DNA of 64,000 nt from a virus (taxonomy: Duplodnaviria > Caudoviricetes), in IMG/VR virus record IMGVR_UViG_2700989102_000001, positions 42,328-106,327 of that record. One strand, given 5' to 3'. The position numbers and the translations under genes were made by a program. Under the pieces are notes generated by a model, which did not search any database, was not told the origin of the DNA, and saw nothing but the letters and a program-made list of their open reading frames with translations. Below, piece after piece: positions 63,538 through 64,000 of this stretch (within the stretch, counting starts at the first letter, position 1; each line of letters begins with the position of its first letter).

Positions 63538-63914
63538 TTCGGGATCCTTTCTCAAAAAATCTGGACTCGATATTTAGTTATGCCTTAAGGCTACGCTCAC
63601 ACGCACTAGGTGTCAACACATACTCGCATGCCATGCGTACTCGATATGCACACTGCTAACTGTTGCAAGCGCGCTGCTAGCATGGCATCAAACAGTTCGA
63701 CGTCGATGCAACGCGTTGACCTGCGGAAACGACGAACACACAGTGCCCTATGTGACCGTACCCGCCGATAGGGTCTCGTCGCTCTACGTGGCTCTCAGGC
63801 GGTCGGAATCGCCATGCCACGCGCGCCCGCAGTGCTAGCAGACCACGCGTCAGCTAATCCTTGCGATCGCAAAACCGCAGGTCAGAGGGCCGCCGGCCGA
63901 GCTGTGGCAAACAT

Positions 63915-63981
63915 TCGCACACGCGTTCGAACACTCGCACACATGTTCGACCCCGGGGGGGCGGGTCGAAAGTATGTTCGA
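63915..63981. promoter_or_regulatory. Three LexA(SOS)-box-like sites
   Basis: Each is one mismatch from TCGAAC-N4-GTTCGA. Confidence 0.55.
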
Positions 63982-63996
63982 CCGCCGGCGGCTGAC

Positions 63997-64000
63997 ATCC
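63997..64000 (+). other. Probable right genome end, 4-nt 3' overhang ATCC
   Basis: Window ends ATCC after a non-coding stretch; consistent with Cluster J termini and Ku. Confidence 0.65.

Larger units (their letters stand above)
54750..63620 (-). promoter_or_regulatory. Seven repeated leftward SigA promoters with palindrome over the -35
   Basis: TTGACA at 54772-77, 56279-84, 58037-42, 60239-44, 61462-67, 62414-19, 63611-16, each with a -10 (TAGACT, CATAAT, CATACT, TAGCCT) 16-17 nt downstream. Confidence 0.85.
1..64000. mobile_element. Right part of a temperate mycobacteriophage genome, Cluster J / Omega-like
   Basis: Integrase-attP(tRNA-Leu), repressor/cro, Pnkp+Rnl, WhiB, Lsr2, FtsK and Ku; dense small ORFs; terminal ATCC. 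Confidence 0.9.

Overview
This window is the right ~64 kb of a temperate, GC-rich mycobacteriophage genome with Cluster J (Omega-like) architecture. It ends in ...GCTGACATCC, matching the 4-nt ATCC cohesive end known for that cluster. From left to right it contains: a leftward block of small genes including Lsr2; excise, tyrosine integrase and attP (core = 3' half of tRNA-Leu CAA); an iteron-like array next to a short RepA-like gene; repressor and cro; and a long rightward early region. That region encodes an esterase, PD-(D/E)XK exonuclease, a disrupted C5 methyltransferase with an out-of-frame HNH insert, Pnkp, EndoVII, WhiB, a PRS-like plus Nampt-like (NARP1-type) pair, SSB, split prim-pol and helicase, RNA ligase, ClpP-like protein, DnaQ, nucleotide pyrophosphatases and metallophosphoesterases. 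A tRNA/ncRNA island follows, then a leftward terminal arm (FtsK, Ku-Lsr2 fusion, many small genes) driven by seven repeated promoters with a palindrome over the -35. The most novel signals are non-coding: a CCA-ended tRNA mimic with no anticodon loop (14897-14963), a tRNA-like scaffold with a ~100-nt insert (48129-48310), a pseudoknot-chain RNA ending in a Met-Arg minigene, an atypical GTA tRNA, LexA-box-like sites at the genome end, and probable ATT/ATA start codons on two DNA-metabolism genes. All calls are from manual reading; no database searches or folding programs were run.
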